This document shows, piece after piece, positions 53,169 to 64,000 of a stretch of 64,000 bases of DNA. The position numbers and the translations under genes are program-made. Within the stretch, counting starts at the first letter, position 1; every line of letters begins with the position of its first letter. Under the pieces are notes generated by a model. It worked only from the letters and a program-made list of their open reading frames with translations. It searched no databases and was not told the DNA's origin. Origin of the DNA: Atractiella rhizophila (Eukaryota); contig MU271330.1 of NCBI GenBank assembly GCA_021432655.1, forward strand, positions 6,955-70,954, in the 5' to 3' direction.

Positions 53169-55037
53169 ATGGCGTCGAGAAAGATATTTTTTGACCCTAT
53201 AAACCCCAAGTTCTTTACTGAGGAAGAAATTAACGCGTTATCGCCAGCAGAATGTGCAGAAGCCTGCTCTCAACTTCAGCAGAACATTACAAGTTGTCTC
53301 CTACGAGTTGATACAAGTTTTGTCAACACACACAGGATGATCGTGGAGCAGCTTCTGCCTATGGTGGAAGAGTATGGAGAACATTGCAAGGATATCTGGG
53401 AAGGAATGAAGGTGTGCCGTTCCATTCATCGTTCGAGGAGGGAATAAGGAACGCTCGTCCTCTAGTTCTGGAAGACCTTTTTCGAGGTCTCTGCGGGCAT
53501 CAGAATGGGTGGTGCGACCTATCAAGATGAAGGAGACTCTACATTGGACACGACTGCCAGCTCTGATACTTTAGGAGCAACTCCACGAGCTGGTGGCAGC
53601 ACGACTGCTGATCACCTCAGCGAAGAGCGGACTGCCAACTCTACATTCCGCCCTGAAGATTTATTTGACGACGAACCCTCTGTAACGGCCACGCTACAAG
53701 TTGAAGCTTTCAAGGAACCGACCTGGAGCACGAAAGATGTGTCGCCTTACGACGCGTTGCAACGGGACATCCAGGATGCATTAGAGGCATCAAAGGAGCG
53801 GCAAGTGTCGATTGACAGAGCGAAGCGAGATCACGCTGATTCTCTTGCCAACATGCTCAAGGATCTGTCATTGGAATCTTCAAGCAACAAGCTGCCTGAA
53901 GCACCAGCTTTCAACGCTTCCACACTGGAGTCCACCCCTTCCTTAGTCGAAACTGCAATACCGCCACCATCACCTTTCTACTCCGAGTCCAACGCTTCTT
54001 CTTTGAACCCGAATGCAAGTGCTCCAGATAGCTCCAGGAATATGGCACTCCTCCGTGATCTCAATCTTGGAAACGCTCTTTCTTCTACGCCTGCCAAACC
54101 CATTCTTCCGCGTGACATCCCGAAGGATTGGAACGGACTTGCAGACCTCCGAACGGTTCCTCTCAACTCTTTCGAGTCTCCGGCGAAGACCGGTACTAAA
54201 TCTAAAGGTAAGGAGAAAGAAAAAGGGAAGATGTCTCCACCTCGAACTGTTTCAATCGTTCCTACCCCTGCTCGACTGGCAAGAACACCATCAAAAGCCG
54301 TTGCGCGTGCCCTGATCCAGCAAGACATCCTTGAGTCGTTCGGTATCAACCTCAATGATAATATCGAACCTCCCTCAGCCATGAAGGATGGCACATGGCA
54401 AGCGCGCTACGGGGGATTCAATGATTTTGCTTCGAGTCCCGCGAGACGAATATTAGGGAAGGAGGCAGATAAGATCTTCCCCGAGCCTGAGTTACCTGAC
54501 TGGCTGGACGATGCGTTTGAACGAGAGGAGGACGATGAGATAGGGAATGATGGTGATATGGCCAGCGCACGCGCGGAAGGCTCAGGAACCAAGGTCATTG
54601 GCGAAGAACACGCATTTATTGGGGGTGAAGAGGACGACGTCTTCGGCGGTGGCCCTGCTCGTGAACATCATCCACGTGCCTCAGACTTCTTCGATGATGA
54701 AGCTAGCTTACGTAGGAACTTGGAGGAATCTATGGAAGAATCATTCGAGAATACCGAGACATCAGGTATCATTATTCCCCTCGAAGTAGCAGAAAATTCT
54801 TTCGATGAAGATGATTCCGGAGACTTCAACGATGATCATCCTGCCTTAGTAGAAGCTATCTACGCTCAAGATACCGAAGGCGGTACAGCATTCTTTGGGG
54901 GACAACCAGGAGAGGGAGCAGATTTTCGATTGATGGGTCCAGGAGTAGACGACATGGAGACCTATCACGGAGGAAGACTTCTGGACTCGAGACCATATTT
55001 CGATTCACCGTTGGCTGCGTACAGAAAGGAGGACTAG
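53169..55037 (+). CDS. ASK1: DASH/Dam1 complex subunit Ask1
   Basis: QLQQNITSCLLRVDTSFVNTHRMIVEQLLPMVEEYGEHCKDIWEGMK-FWKTFFEVSAGI matches the Ask1 N-terminal domain; long acidic SP/TP-rich tail. Confidence 0.88.
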
Positions 55038-55573
55038 AATACATTTGAGGAACGTAGTATACTTGGACTAGCACGCGCGGAAGGCTCAGGAACCAAGGTC
55101 ATTGGCGAAGAACACGCATTTATTGGGGGTGAAGAGGACGACGTCTTCGGCGGTGGCCCTGCTCGTGAACATCATCCACGTGCCTCAGACTTCTTCGATG
55201 ATGAAGCTAGCTTACGTAGGAACTTGGAGGAATCTATGGAAGAATCATTCGAGAATACCGAGACATCAGGTATCATTATTCCCCTCGAAGTAGCAGAAAA
55301 TTCTTTCGATGAAGATGATTCCGGAGACTTCAACGATGATCATCCTGCCTTAGTAGAAGCTATCTACGCTCAAGATACCGAAGGCGGTACAGCATTCTTT
55401 GGGGGACAACCAGGAGAGGGAGCAGATTTTCGATTGATGGGTCCAGGAGTAGACGACATGGAGACCTATCACGGAGGAAGACTTCTGGACTCGAGACCAT
55501 ATTTCGATTCACCGTTGGCTGCGTACAGAAAGGAGGACTAGAATACATTTGAGGAACGTAGTATACTTGGACT
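54567..55573 (+). repeat. Tandem direct repeat, 2 x 503 bp (ASK1 3' end plus about 30 bp of 3' UTR)
   Basis: 54567-55069 equals 55071-55573, with no differences seen by eye; a single A at 55070 separates the copies. Confidence 0.96.
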
Positions 55574-55634
55574 CAACTTGTACTCCATATCTATCCGGTT
55601 CCTCTTGAACCTGTTTGCATTCGCATCACATCTC

Positions 55635-58332
55635 TCAAGCCATCATCCTGAGAATCTCGTCCTCGTCAAAGAGTCGGTTGAAATGTTCCTTGTTGATGTG
55701 ACCGTAGACTCCAGGGCCGTTGGGAAAGATCTTGTCGCAGATCCAACACATATGTGCTTTGCATGAAGCACAGATTATATGGTTGCAGCCACCATTTTTC
55801 TCGATCCATGCCATACATTGAGGACATGTCTTGACCAACTCGCCTCTTCCCTCTTTTTCTTCTCTCCATCGTCGAAGCATGCCTTCCTCATCTTTCGATT
55901 CACGAAATTGCTTGCAACTTACGCCCGTGTGGTGTTCAACACAACAGAAGGAACAAATAAGCGCTACGCAAGCTGGACATTGGATCGTTACATTTTCGGT
56001 AGCAGAGCGCCTGTAGATCTGTTCGCAATCTGTCGTCGGACAATTTTTGTATATATCTGGCCGGATTCTGATGAAAGAGTGCAATGCACGCTGGACAGCT
56101 GTCTCTTCTTCTTCAGCCGAGAGGAAATCCCGTAAAGTATTCAGGGGAAGAAGAGCTGTGCATGTCGAATCAGATCCAAAGCATTGAAGTGGAAAGTCGC
56201 GGCTATCAAGTATTTGGTGCTTAAGACACAGGGAGCAATAACGATGACCACAAGGCAATAAGACTTCGTCTCTCGTTTCGTCCAAGCAGACAGGACACTC
56301 CTTCGCCCCGGAAACGAGAGGGGTTTCAAGTCGAGTGGATGAGCTCATGAGAAATCGGGCAACATTGTCTGCTGCAATCTTTGATCCCTCGACAATTAGC
56401 ATTCGGTTGAGGATATCTAATTTGCCAGCCTCGACACCCTGCATAGCAAAAACCTCCGTTATCCCGCCTCTGACCAAAAATCGAAACATATCCGGGTCCA
56501 ACTTCAGTTCGCGACGGTTGGATTTCTGTTCTTTGGCTTTCTGAAATAGTTCCTCCTTCGCTTCGACTCTAGACTGGTCGCTTCCTCCAAAAAGGATAAA
56601 GCTTCTCGATTTCTGTCGCACTTCAATCAAGGTACCGTGCTTTTGATGGAGAGATCGAAGAAAGTCTTGTCCATGGTGAGACAAGAAGAAGTCATCCCAT
56701 AACAAGTTTTCAGAATCCAAAAAACGTTCACCCTGTATAATCTTTTCGAAGGTTGTTTTGAACTCCAACAAAGGTCCCGACTCTTTACTGGAGAGTTTGA
56801 TGCCCACTGGATCTCCGTTCAAATAGGTCTTCATGTGCACCAGCTCGCTGGAAGCGCTTGTGTACAGTGCTCGAGAAATGAGAGTCTCAAGGGCTCGAAA
56901 TCGCTGGAGTGGCATGTTGTACTTAAGGGAGTACTCTTGTGTAACCCAAAGACAGCCTCCGCCCAAAAATTCCTGATTCTTCTGGTGTAATGCAGTAATG
57001 GCACTTTCTGCTGATTTATCGTCCACAAACCGCACAGAAGCTCCTCTTTTGGAGTCAGAAGACAGGATCGGCGCAACTGAGAAAGTTTCTATGTCGCCTA
57101 TTGCGGCCAGCAGCGTCTGTATGTGTTTCTGGACGTCGACCTCTTGTTCATTGTAAGCTGGCTCAGTGAGTGTCACCTCATGGAGTCCAGCGAGGCGTCT
57201 CACGTTCTCCACTGTGGCATCGATGGGGAGGTTATAAACAATGACTTGAGTATCAGAATGTTGCTTTGATTGGTAGAAGTTCCGGCGCGAAACAGTGGGT
57301 GTAGTCACGGCGGTGGAAATCTTGGCCTTGACTGTACGTCCCTTTAACGTCGTCCCGTCAATGGCAGCGACCTTTTTTTCTGCGAAATCTAGAGTTTTGT
57401 ATTTGAGATATGCGACTTTGGACGGAGCTGGCCACTGAATCTTGACCGTCGAGCAGTTCAGCTTTCCTCGGGCACCATCCTGAGAGCGAATATTTTGACG
57501 AGCTTGAACCTTTTTACCAAAAATCTTGTTGACGTTGAAAAATTCTATAGCAGCATTGGCCTTTTCAACAGTTGGGAAATCGACAAGAGTTGTAAGAGAC
57601 GACCCGGCGGGCGAAGCTTCTTTCAGAGCGTGTATGGAGATATCATTTCCGAGGAGTCCATAAAGTACTGGTTTCGTGGTGTTCGAGGGAAGATTAGAGA
57701 CAACAATCTGTCGCGACTCGAATCCCGTAATAAGCTGTTCGATTTTGAGACCATCGCTAAATTTGACGTGCATAAAGTCGTGGATGGTACGTTCTATCTC
57801 TGCGGAGTTTTCATTTTTGTTCGTGCTTCGTGGAGCCTAGTCATTCGTTCAGAAATGATCAGGTATAGGCATGCATCTTACTGCTGGGAGAGGCGAGATA
57901 AATTTCGCACTGGCTGCAACCTTGACCTTGTGTCAGCAACGGGTAGCACCCTGGTCTCATCGAAAGACAAACTGTTGGCTCTTCGTGACTAAAATGGCAT
58001 GCGGCGCCTCTGATACACGTCCCCTTCCGAAAGAAGGTGCAGACCGGCCTTGTGGTCACATTGGAGGAGTTTGTAGGATGGAGATAGTTGCATGAAGGGC
58101 CACGACTGCATCTGCCCTCTTGCCAAAAGTGACAGATCTGTCGACTAGAAACGGCAGGGGAATCATGGGAAAAAGGGCACGGGGATCTTGTGCAAGTGCC
58201 TTTTGCGAAGAAAGAGCACGGTGACTGTCGATTTGTACTCGATAATGCGGACTCTGCGGAATGAGAGAAAGGGCAGCGAGTCCCCTTGTCGCACCTTCCT
58301 GCGGCAAAATACTTGCAAGGGATCGAAACCAT
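55635..58332 (-). CDS. CCCH zinc finger / RRM-like / RBR (RING-IBR-RING) E3 ubiquitin ligase
   Basis: Four CCCH-type fingers in exon 1; RRM-like segments (IVVSNLP, VAYLKY, VIVYNLP); RING1 CPVC..LPCGHRYCSLC, IBR CPTTDC..CPACVALICSFCCVEHHTGVSC, RING2 CPQCMAWIEKNGGCNHIICASCKAHMCWIC. Confidence 0.9.
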
Positions 58333-58445
58333 GGTTGTCGACTCTGAGACGACGCGAACGACGAAACGGGCACATTGACAGGTCTACATTGACACAAACC
58401 TTATTTCAATTGCTCCACTGACCCGCAAGTCTTTCTTTCTTTCCA

Positions 58446-59646
58446 TTATGCAAGCTGGTAAGGTACTGCTGGGAGGTCTGACTTCGCAAAAGACCTGTAG
58501 ACTAGTACAGACTTCTGTCCTATATCATCAGCCAAGTGTCGGCAACCTGGAAGATTGACGTTCGTACGTGTATGCAAAAAGAGTGGGTGACGTTGAACGA
58601 AAATTTGGCGGGTTCTTGGCCGATAGGGGGACTCTAACATCACCACAAGGGGAAACCTTGCCGGAGCCTCCAGCAGAAAGCAGAATCTTTTAAAACTAAG
58701 CAGAAAAGCAAAATTTTGCAAAGCAGGTTTCCATCTGCTCGTCGTAAATTTCTGCTTTCGCTTATCGCTGAGCAACAAGAGACGACGCACAAACGTCCAT
58801 ATTTTCTGCTGGTCCCAGCAGAATCGATTTGGAAGGGTTGAAAATTGCAGCGGTCAAAATTGTGCTTTTTCCCAGCAGTAAGCAAGACTCATAGTTGAGA
58901 TCCTCTAGTACTACAAACCCTTCCCATAGATGGCACAGTTCTGCAACAGTAGTCAGCGGTGGAAGAGATTTGCTGGAGCGGCCAAACTTTGAAGGTACTC
59001 TGAGGCTGGAATCCGTCTAACTGTCGTTTGGTAAGGAACCACCTTTCCTAACTGGAGTCATACAGCTCAATCGTTTCTTCGATTTTCTTTCATGTCATCC
59101 AATTCTAGCAAACTTCAGGACATTCTGGGAAACAAAGGTACTATGTTTTCAATATCCCAATGAACAACCGCGACACTCTGTCGTGCAAAAGATCGACAAC
59201 GGCTCTGCGTCATTCACAGCAAATATGCCTGAATAAGAAAGTCCATTTATTCAGATTCACATTTATTAGGTGCCGTACCGTGAAAGGGTTGGCGTTGAAT
59301 CCTATCCTTGACACTCTTCTAAGGGAGTGCCTCTCTGCCCATCTAATCAGCGCTGTGAAGCTGCATACCTCGTAACTTTTGTTCAACCTCTTTAACCTCC
59401 CTAAAATCATTGATGTCCGCCTATGCAACACCCATCATGCCGTTCCAGGTTTGAAGTTGGCTGCTTTTTCTTTTTTCGCAACTTGTGTTTGACTTTAGCT
59501 TGTTTGCGTGCGGCAAACCAAAAAATTCCGACCACAACAAATCCACTCATCCACTTCAAGCAGGCTTCAACGGTGCTCAACTTTCTCCCAGTGGCCACAT
59601 TTGAGACTAATAGGGGCTCCTTTAGGAGGTTAGCCAGGGAGGGCAT
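58446..59646 (-). CDS. Possible multi-exon hypothetical gene or degraded gene
   Basis: Same-strand ORF fragments (59407..59646, 59210..59431, 58446..58790) with GT..AG signals between them; could not be assembled confidently. Confidence 0.3.
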
Positions 59647-59686
59647 TCTTGAGGTGGGATTGGGCTAAGTCAAGCAGAATGCTCTT

Positions 59687-62626
59687 ATGCGTCTTCTGTC
59701 CAACTTCCATTCGCGACTCTTTTTCCCGCGAAAAGCAAGATTCATAGCTACGAGTCGACCATGGAGGGATCTGCAGGTGTGTCTAATCAGTTGTCTTGTC
59801 AGAAATGGCGGTAAGAGGTGTTTGGTGCGAATATAGTCTGTATACACATTGTGTGTTGTCGACCTCGATGCTCCCACCCCGGAGGAAAACCGCACGAAGC
59901 GACCTTCCAAAGCGGGTCCAGCGTTAAACGTCCCTGCTTCTCCAACCAGTACTTCAGCTGTAGTCGCACTCTCAACCCCCGGTACCGCTGCTACGCCTTC
60001 TTCAACACACCTCATTCCGTCTTCGAGTTTACCAACGTCACCACCTCTTTCGGCCTCATTTCTCAGTCAACCAACGCGCGCAAATCCCCTACATTTTGTT
60101 CCCAAGGACGGCACTGCTCTTCAAAAACTCACAGGCTTGCTTGCATACCACCAAGCTCTTCCGTTGGAAGCGCGAGGAGGCGACATTATTAATACCGTCA
60201 GTCGTCCTACATGGAAGCTCTATGCTTCTCTCTCCTCATCTGAGCGGGCGTCTCTTTCTCCCGAGATGTGGGAGCACCTGTGGACCATCCAACGATATTA
60301 CCAGCATCCATGGCATTCAGTTCTCAACTTACGCAAGCTTTACGAAGCACGCTTCTCAAAAGAAGAGAGAAGCGGACAAGCAAGTACGAAGGAGGCTGCG
60401 AGATGGGGTGCCATTCTGTTTGAAAGCATGGTTAGCTGTTGCGAATGGAAATTTCGGCGGAGAACAGTCTACTCACATAAGCGAGCGAAGATGGGTCTAT
60501 ATTTCAACTTCCTCTTGATGGATGAGCTATTTGCGACTTGGGAGGAGGAAATTTGGAAGAGGCAAAAGGGGAGAAAGAAAGATTTTATTACTCGCTTCCT
60601 TGTGGTCTGGACCAAAATAGCGGCACATCTCCCTAAGTTTGAGGTCCAGTCAAAAACCGCCCAACGGTTCCTCCAAGTTCTCGAACGCAATGCTCCTCTT
60701 CATTCAACTACCACGGGTCTAAATCTAGATAGCCTAAGCGATATTCTCAACCGGATTCTCGCATTGTATATTTCTACTTCCGATTTGCAGGCAACACACG
60801 AAATGCTCCTTCAGTCTCTGTCGCATGGGGTTGCTCCATCTCCATCCATTCTCACGAGTGTCACGCGCCGATGGGGGCTGGAAGATGTGATACAAATCGC
60901 ACCGGCATTAACAGCATTGGCGAAGGTAAAAGGAATGAGTGCGATAGTGGAGTTGCTGATGAGTCGCGTGAGATTGGTAGAAGCAAAGGGGGGAGATCTG
61001 AGGGCAGAAGTGGAAAGACTCTTGGGCAGTGGTGTGGATGGATCGGAGAGGAATCCCGCGAGAGATGTTTACACTCAGCTCCTCGCGAGGCTTTATCTCA
61101 GCAACGATTTGATGGAACCGGAAGAAAGGTGGGATCTAGCGTTGAAGGTATACGACAAGATGATTGGCGAATCTATCACACCAGATGCGCTGGTACACGA
61201 AACAATGATCAATCTTATCATCGAGGCGTTTCCGTGCCCGACTTCGCAGGCCTACTCGTCCTCGGTTGCGACAACAATCGACTCTCCTCCACCTCGGCAT
61301 TCTTCGAGTTCGAGACCTCCTACACCACTTGGCAGCTTGTTGAAACGCATCATCCCTCACTTCTATCTCCCTAATCAGCCCTGGAATATCCCTACTATCC
61401 GGTGGCAGACACACGTCCGTTTATTCAAATACGCTCTTCACGCTCAAGATGTCGAAGCATGCAAAATCTTGTACTCTCTCATCAAGGCGCGAGAATTAGA
61501 ACAAGAAGAGCAGTCTCTTTCAGCAGGATCCACTTTCGTGTGGACTTTCGACTTGGCTTTGCCGCTCGATTGGCTTTTTAGGACGGTCTCGAAAGACGCC
61601 TGCAGTGGATCCACCCAAAGGGACAACAACTTCAATTTTGCAACTCAGCTTTACTTTGATGCTCTCGCCGATGGCTGTATTCTCCTTACGTCCTCTTTCG
61701 CAGTTTTTCTCAAAGCGATAGGGCAGAGAGGAGACGTTGATTTCGCTGTCAAGGTCATAAGTGATTTCATGCAAGGAAGGAAGGAAAGACCTAGCGACGG
61801 CATCATGGAAAGCTGCGTCACAGGCTTTCTTCAGTCTGCAAATCATATACCGACAGCGATACGGCTGATACAGTTCTTCGAGCATCTACATCCAGACGCA
61901 GTTCACGGAGGGCTCACCACATTCTTCACAGCACCTCTCTCAAATTACGAGCGGTACCGGTCACAACAGAATATGAGCAGAATCACGCGTCTACCGACCA
62001 GACTTTATGCTCGTGTGTTGCGAAGTCTTCCTCGTATCAACGTGAGTGTGGAAAGTCAACGACGTCCTCTGCTGCTGTGGGCACTACGACTGCGGAGACG
62101 AATCAAGAACGCAAACAAAAGCAACGATGAAGATGTTAGCGTGGACGATCTCAATGCCATGCTGACTCTATTCCTTACTCCGTCAACATCGCTGCCGGTT
62201 ACACCTAGGAACATGGACGTAGCGTGGCTCCTCTTCCGCGAAATTTCTCAAGGACCTTTCAGAAGTCAAGAGCAAAAGAAAGCGACGTTTGAAACTTTAC
62301 TTGAAGGTCTTACCCGCCTTTCGTACCCTTCGCACCCTGGCGGTCGATATGCAGGGGAATTGGTGAAGCGCTGGGAATACGTCCGTTGGATTTTGGAGGA
62401 AGGGTTCGACGTTATTTCTGGCAGTTACATCAAGTCAGCAGTGATTCGGATGGCGGCAGAGGGAGAGTTCGAGATGGCGAAAGAGACGTCGGAACGGTGG
62501 TGGAAAGAAGTTATCCGGACAGAGAAGCTACTGACACCGCAGGAGGAGAGAGACATGACCCTGGTTTCCGCTGCTGTGATGGATTTGGAGCAAACTAGTC
62601 TGGTCAGGAAGACGCTGGCACCGTAG
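59687..62626 (+). CDS. Probable mitochondrial PPR-like helical-repeat protein
   Basis: 925-aa ORF with PPR-like units (ALKVYDKMIGESITPDALVHETMINLI; FLKAIGQRGDVDFAVKVISDFM). A short upstream exon MRLLSNFHSRLFFPRKARF resembles a mitochondrial targeting peptide. Confidence 0.6.
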
Positions 62627-63200
62627 CTGAATTTATTTCGCTCGTGACATTATGCAATGATGCCTGCGGTCAGGCATCTCAGTCGAAGTTTCACGCGTAC
62701 GCTTTTTCTCAAAATCTGCAAACGGCAATCACTCAAACCGAGGGCAGCGGCATCTTCTTCAGACACAGACTCCAGCTTATCTATCTATGGGCTAACCACA
62801 TTGGACCGTTACGTCAATAAAAGTCCTGCATTGAAGATAGTTGAACGTAGTAGATTGTACAAATTTCTCATATATACCAGCAAATACGCCGTTAGCATTG
62901 CATTAAACTCGATTATTTTCATCCAACTAGCAAATGAGACAAGTGAACATGTGAACGATGACGTTGAAGTTTATCGCCACCCACCCCTTTGAGCTAGTAA
63001 ACTTCCAATGCAAGGGCTTCTGGCAATGCCATTTCTATCATTGGTCTGAACAAGAACCTGATTGCTCTGATTCATTAAGATGGGGTCTGCTCTCGAATTG
63101 GTTGGAAACGAAGGTGGGACAGCGGATCAGACATCACAAGGAAGTAATGTCAGCGAGCACAGTTGAACTTTGAGGAAAATGGAGTTTAATTGAGCACAGG

Positions 63201-64000
63201 CTACTGTGCAAGGCCGATACCCAGCAGCTCATGAGGCTTCGTAACCATGACCAATTTTGTGTCAGTTGGGCCAAACATTTTCTCAAAAACCATATTTGAT
63301 TCTCCGGTCTAAACGGTCGTCAGCGATACCTTTGTCTTTGATGAAAGTCGAAGAAATCACTCACATCCGGGTGATAATGTTCTAGTGGTAGCCATTCCTC
63401 CTCTTCTAATCGCTTTTTAACCTCAAAAATGCCAGTCTGCCAATCTCTCGGGTCCTTGGCCTGCTCTGCAGCTTTGACTGAAACCTGCTCCCATTATTGG
63501 AATCAAACAACCCGCTTCTGAATGAGCGAAAGTGACATGCCTGTACTGCCTTTGCTGTTTGAGCAGCTTTTGAAGCCTTTTTCGCTTTCTTTTCTTCCTC
63601 ATCAAGCTCGACATCTGATCCACCAGACCCAGAGTCATCCTGTTCATTGGCTAGTCGTTGACGGCGCCTCTCCCTACGTTCCATAAGTGTTAATTCGTCC
63701 AAGTAGGAGAGCTCGGGCCGTAGTTGGATGGTCGTGTTCAGGGGGTTTAGGTGTAGTTCATCTGTAGGAAGGTCTATCTTCAGGGAAGCTATTGATGAAT
63801 GACTCGCTCACCGCCTCTCATTACTCCTACAAAGTAATTTGTCATCCCAGGCACAATTTCGCTAGTCATGGACATTCTCTCAAGCTTCCCGCCTTTCTTT
63901 TTTTTGTCTTCCCATCCTTCGACCCCCTTTCCCCACTCTTCTGCTTTCGAATCATTCCACCGACGGTTCATGTGTTCGAGAGGGAGGGACAGCTCCATAT
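63201..64000 (-). CDS. RPC37: RNA polymerase III subunit RPC5/C37 (Sin-like), 5'-partial
   Basis: MELSLPL, TNYFVGVMRG-DELHLNPLNTTIQLRPELSYLDEL and KRLEEEEWLPLEHYHPD match the Sin_N/RPC5 family; stop at 63201. Confidence 0.85.

Overview
Eukaryotic, gene-dense, intron-rich fungal DNA with short (about 45-70 nt) introns; the gene families point to a basidiomycete (inference). About 25 genes or gene remnants are recognisable: a DUF6533-type multi-TM protein in two copies, a truncated carotenoid/lignostilbene cleavage dioxygenase, two MFS transporters, AIM29/DUF2340, a DUF202 protein, a C2H2 transcription factor, D-galactonate dehydratase, the CHZ1 histone chaperone, VPS20, a velvet factor, COG8, an EZH2/KMT6-like CXC-SET methyltransferase, a probable XLF/Nej1, an OPT oligopeptide transporter, ASK1, a CCCH-RRM-RBR E3 ligase, a PPR-like protein and RPC5/RPC37 (partial). 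The most unusual structure is three separate duplications. (1) A diverged inverted segmental duplication of at least 2.8 kb (1-2839 vs 42466-45299), whose junction cuts the dioxygenase and gives the receptor-like copy a new antisense-derived C-terminal tail. (2) A 172-bp tandem exon duplication in the galactonate dehydratase with the geometry of mutually exclusive exons. (3) An apparently exact 503-bp tandem repeat of the ASK1 3' end. No rRNA, tRNA, CRISPR array or intact transposon was recognised. Gene models and splice sites were read by eye and are approximate where stated.
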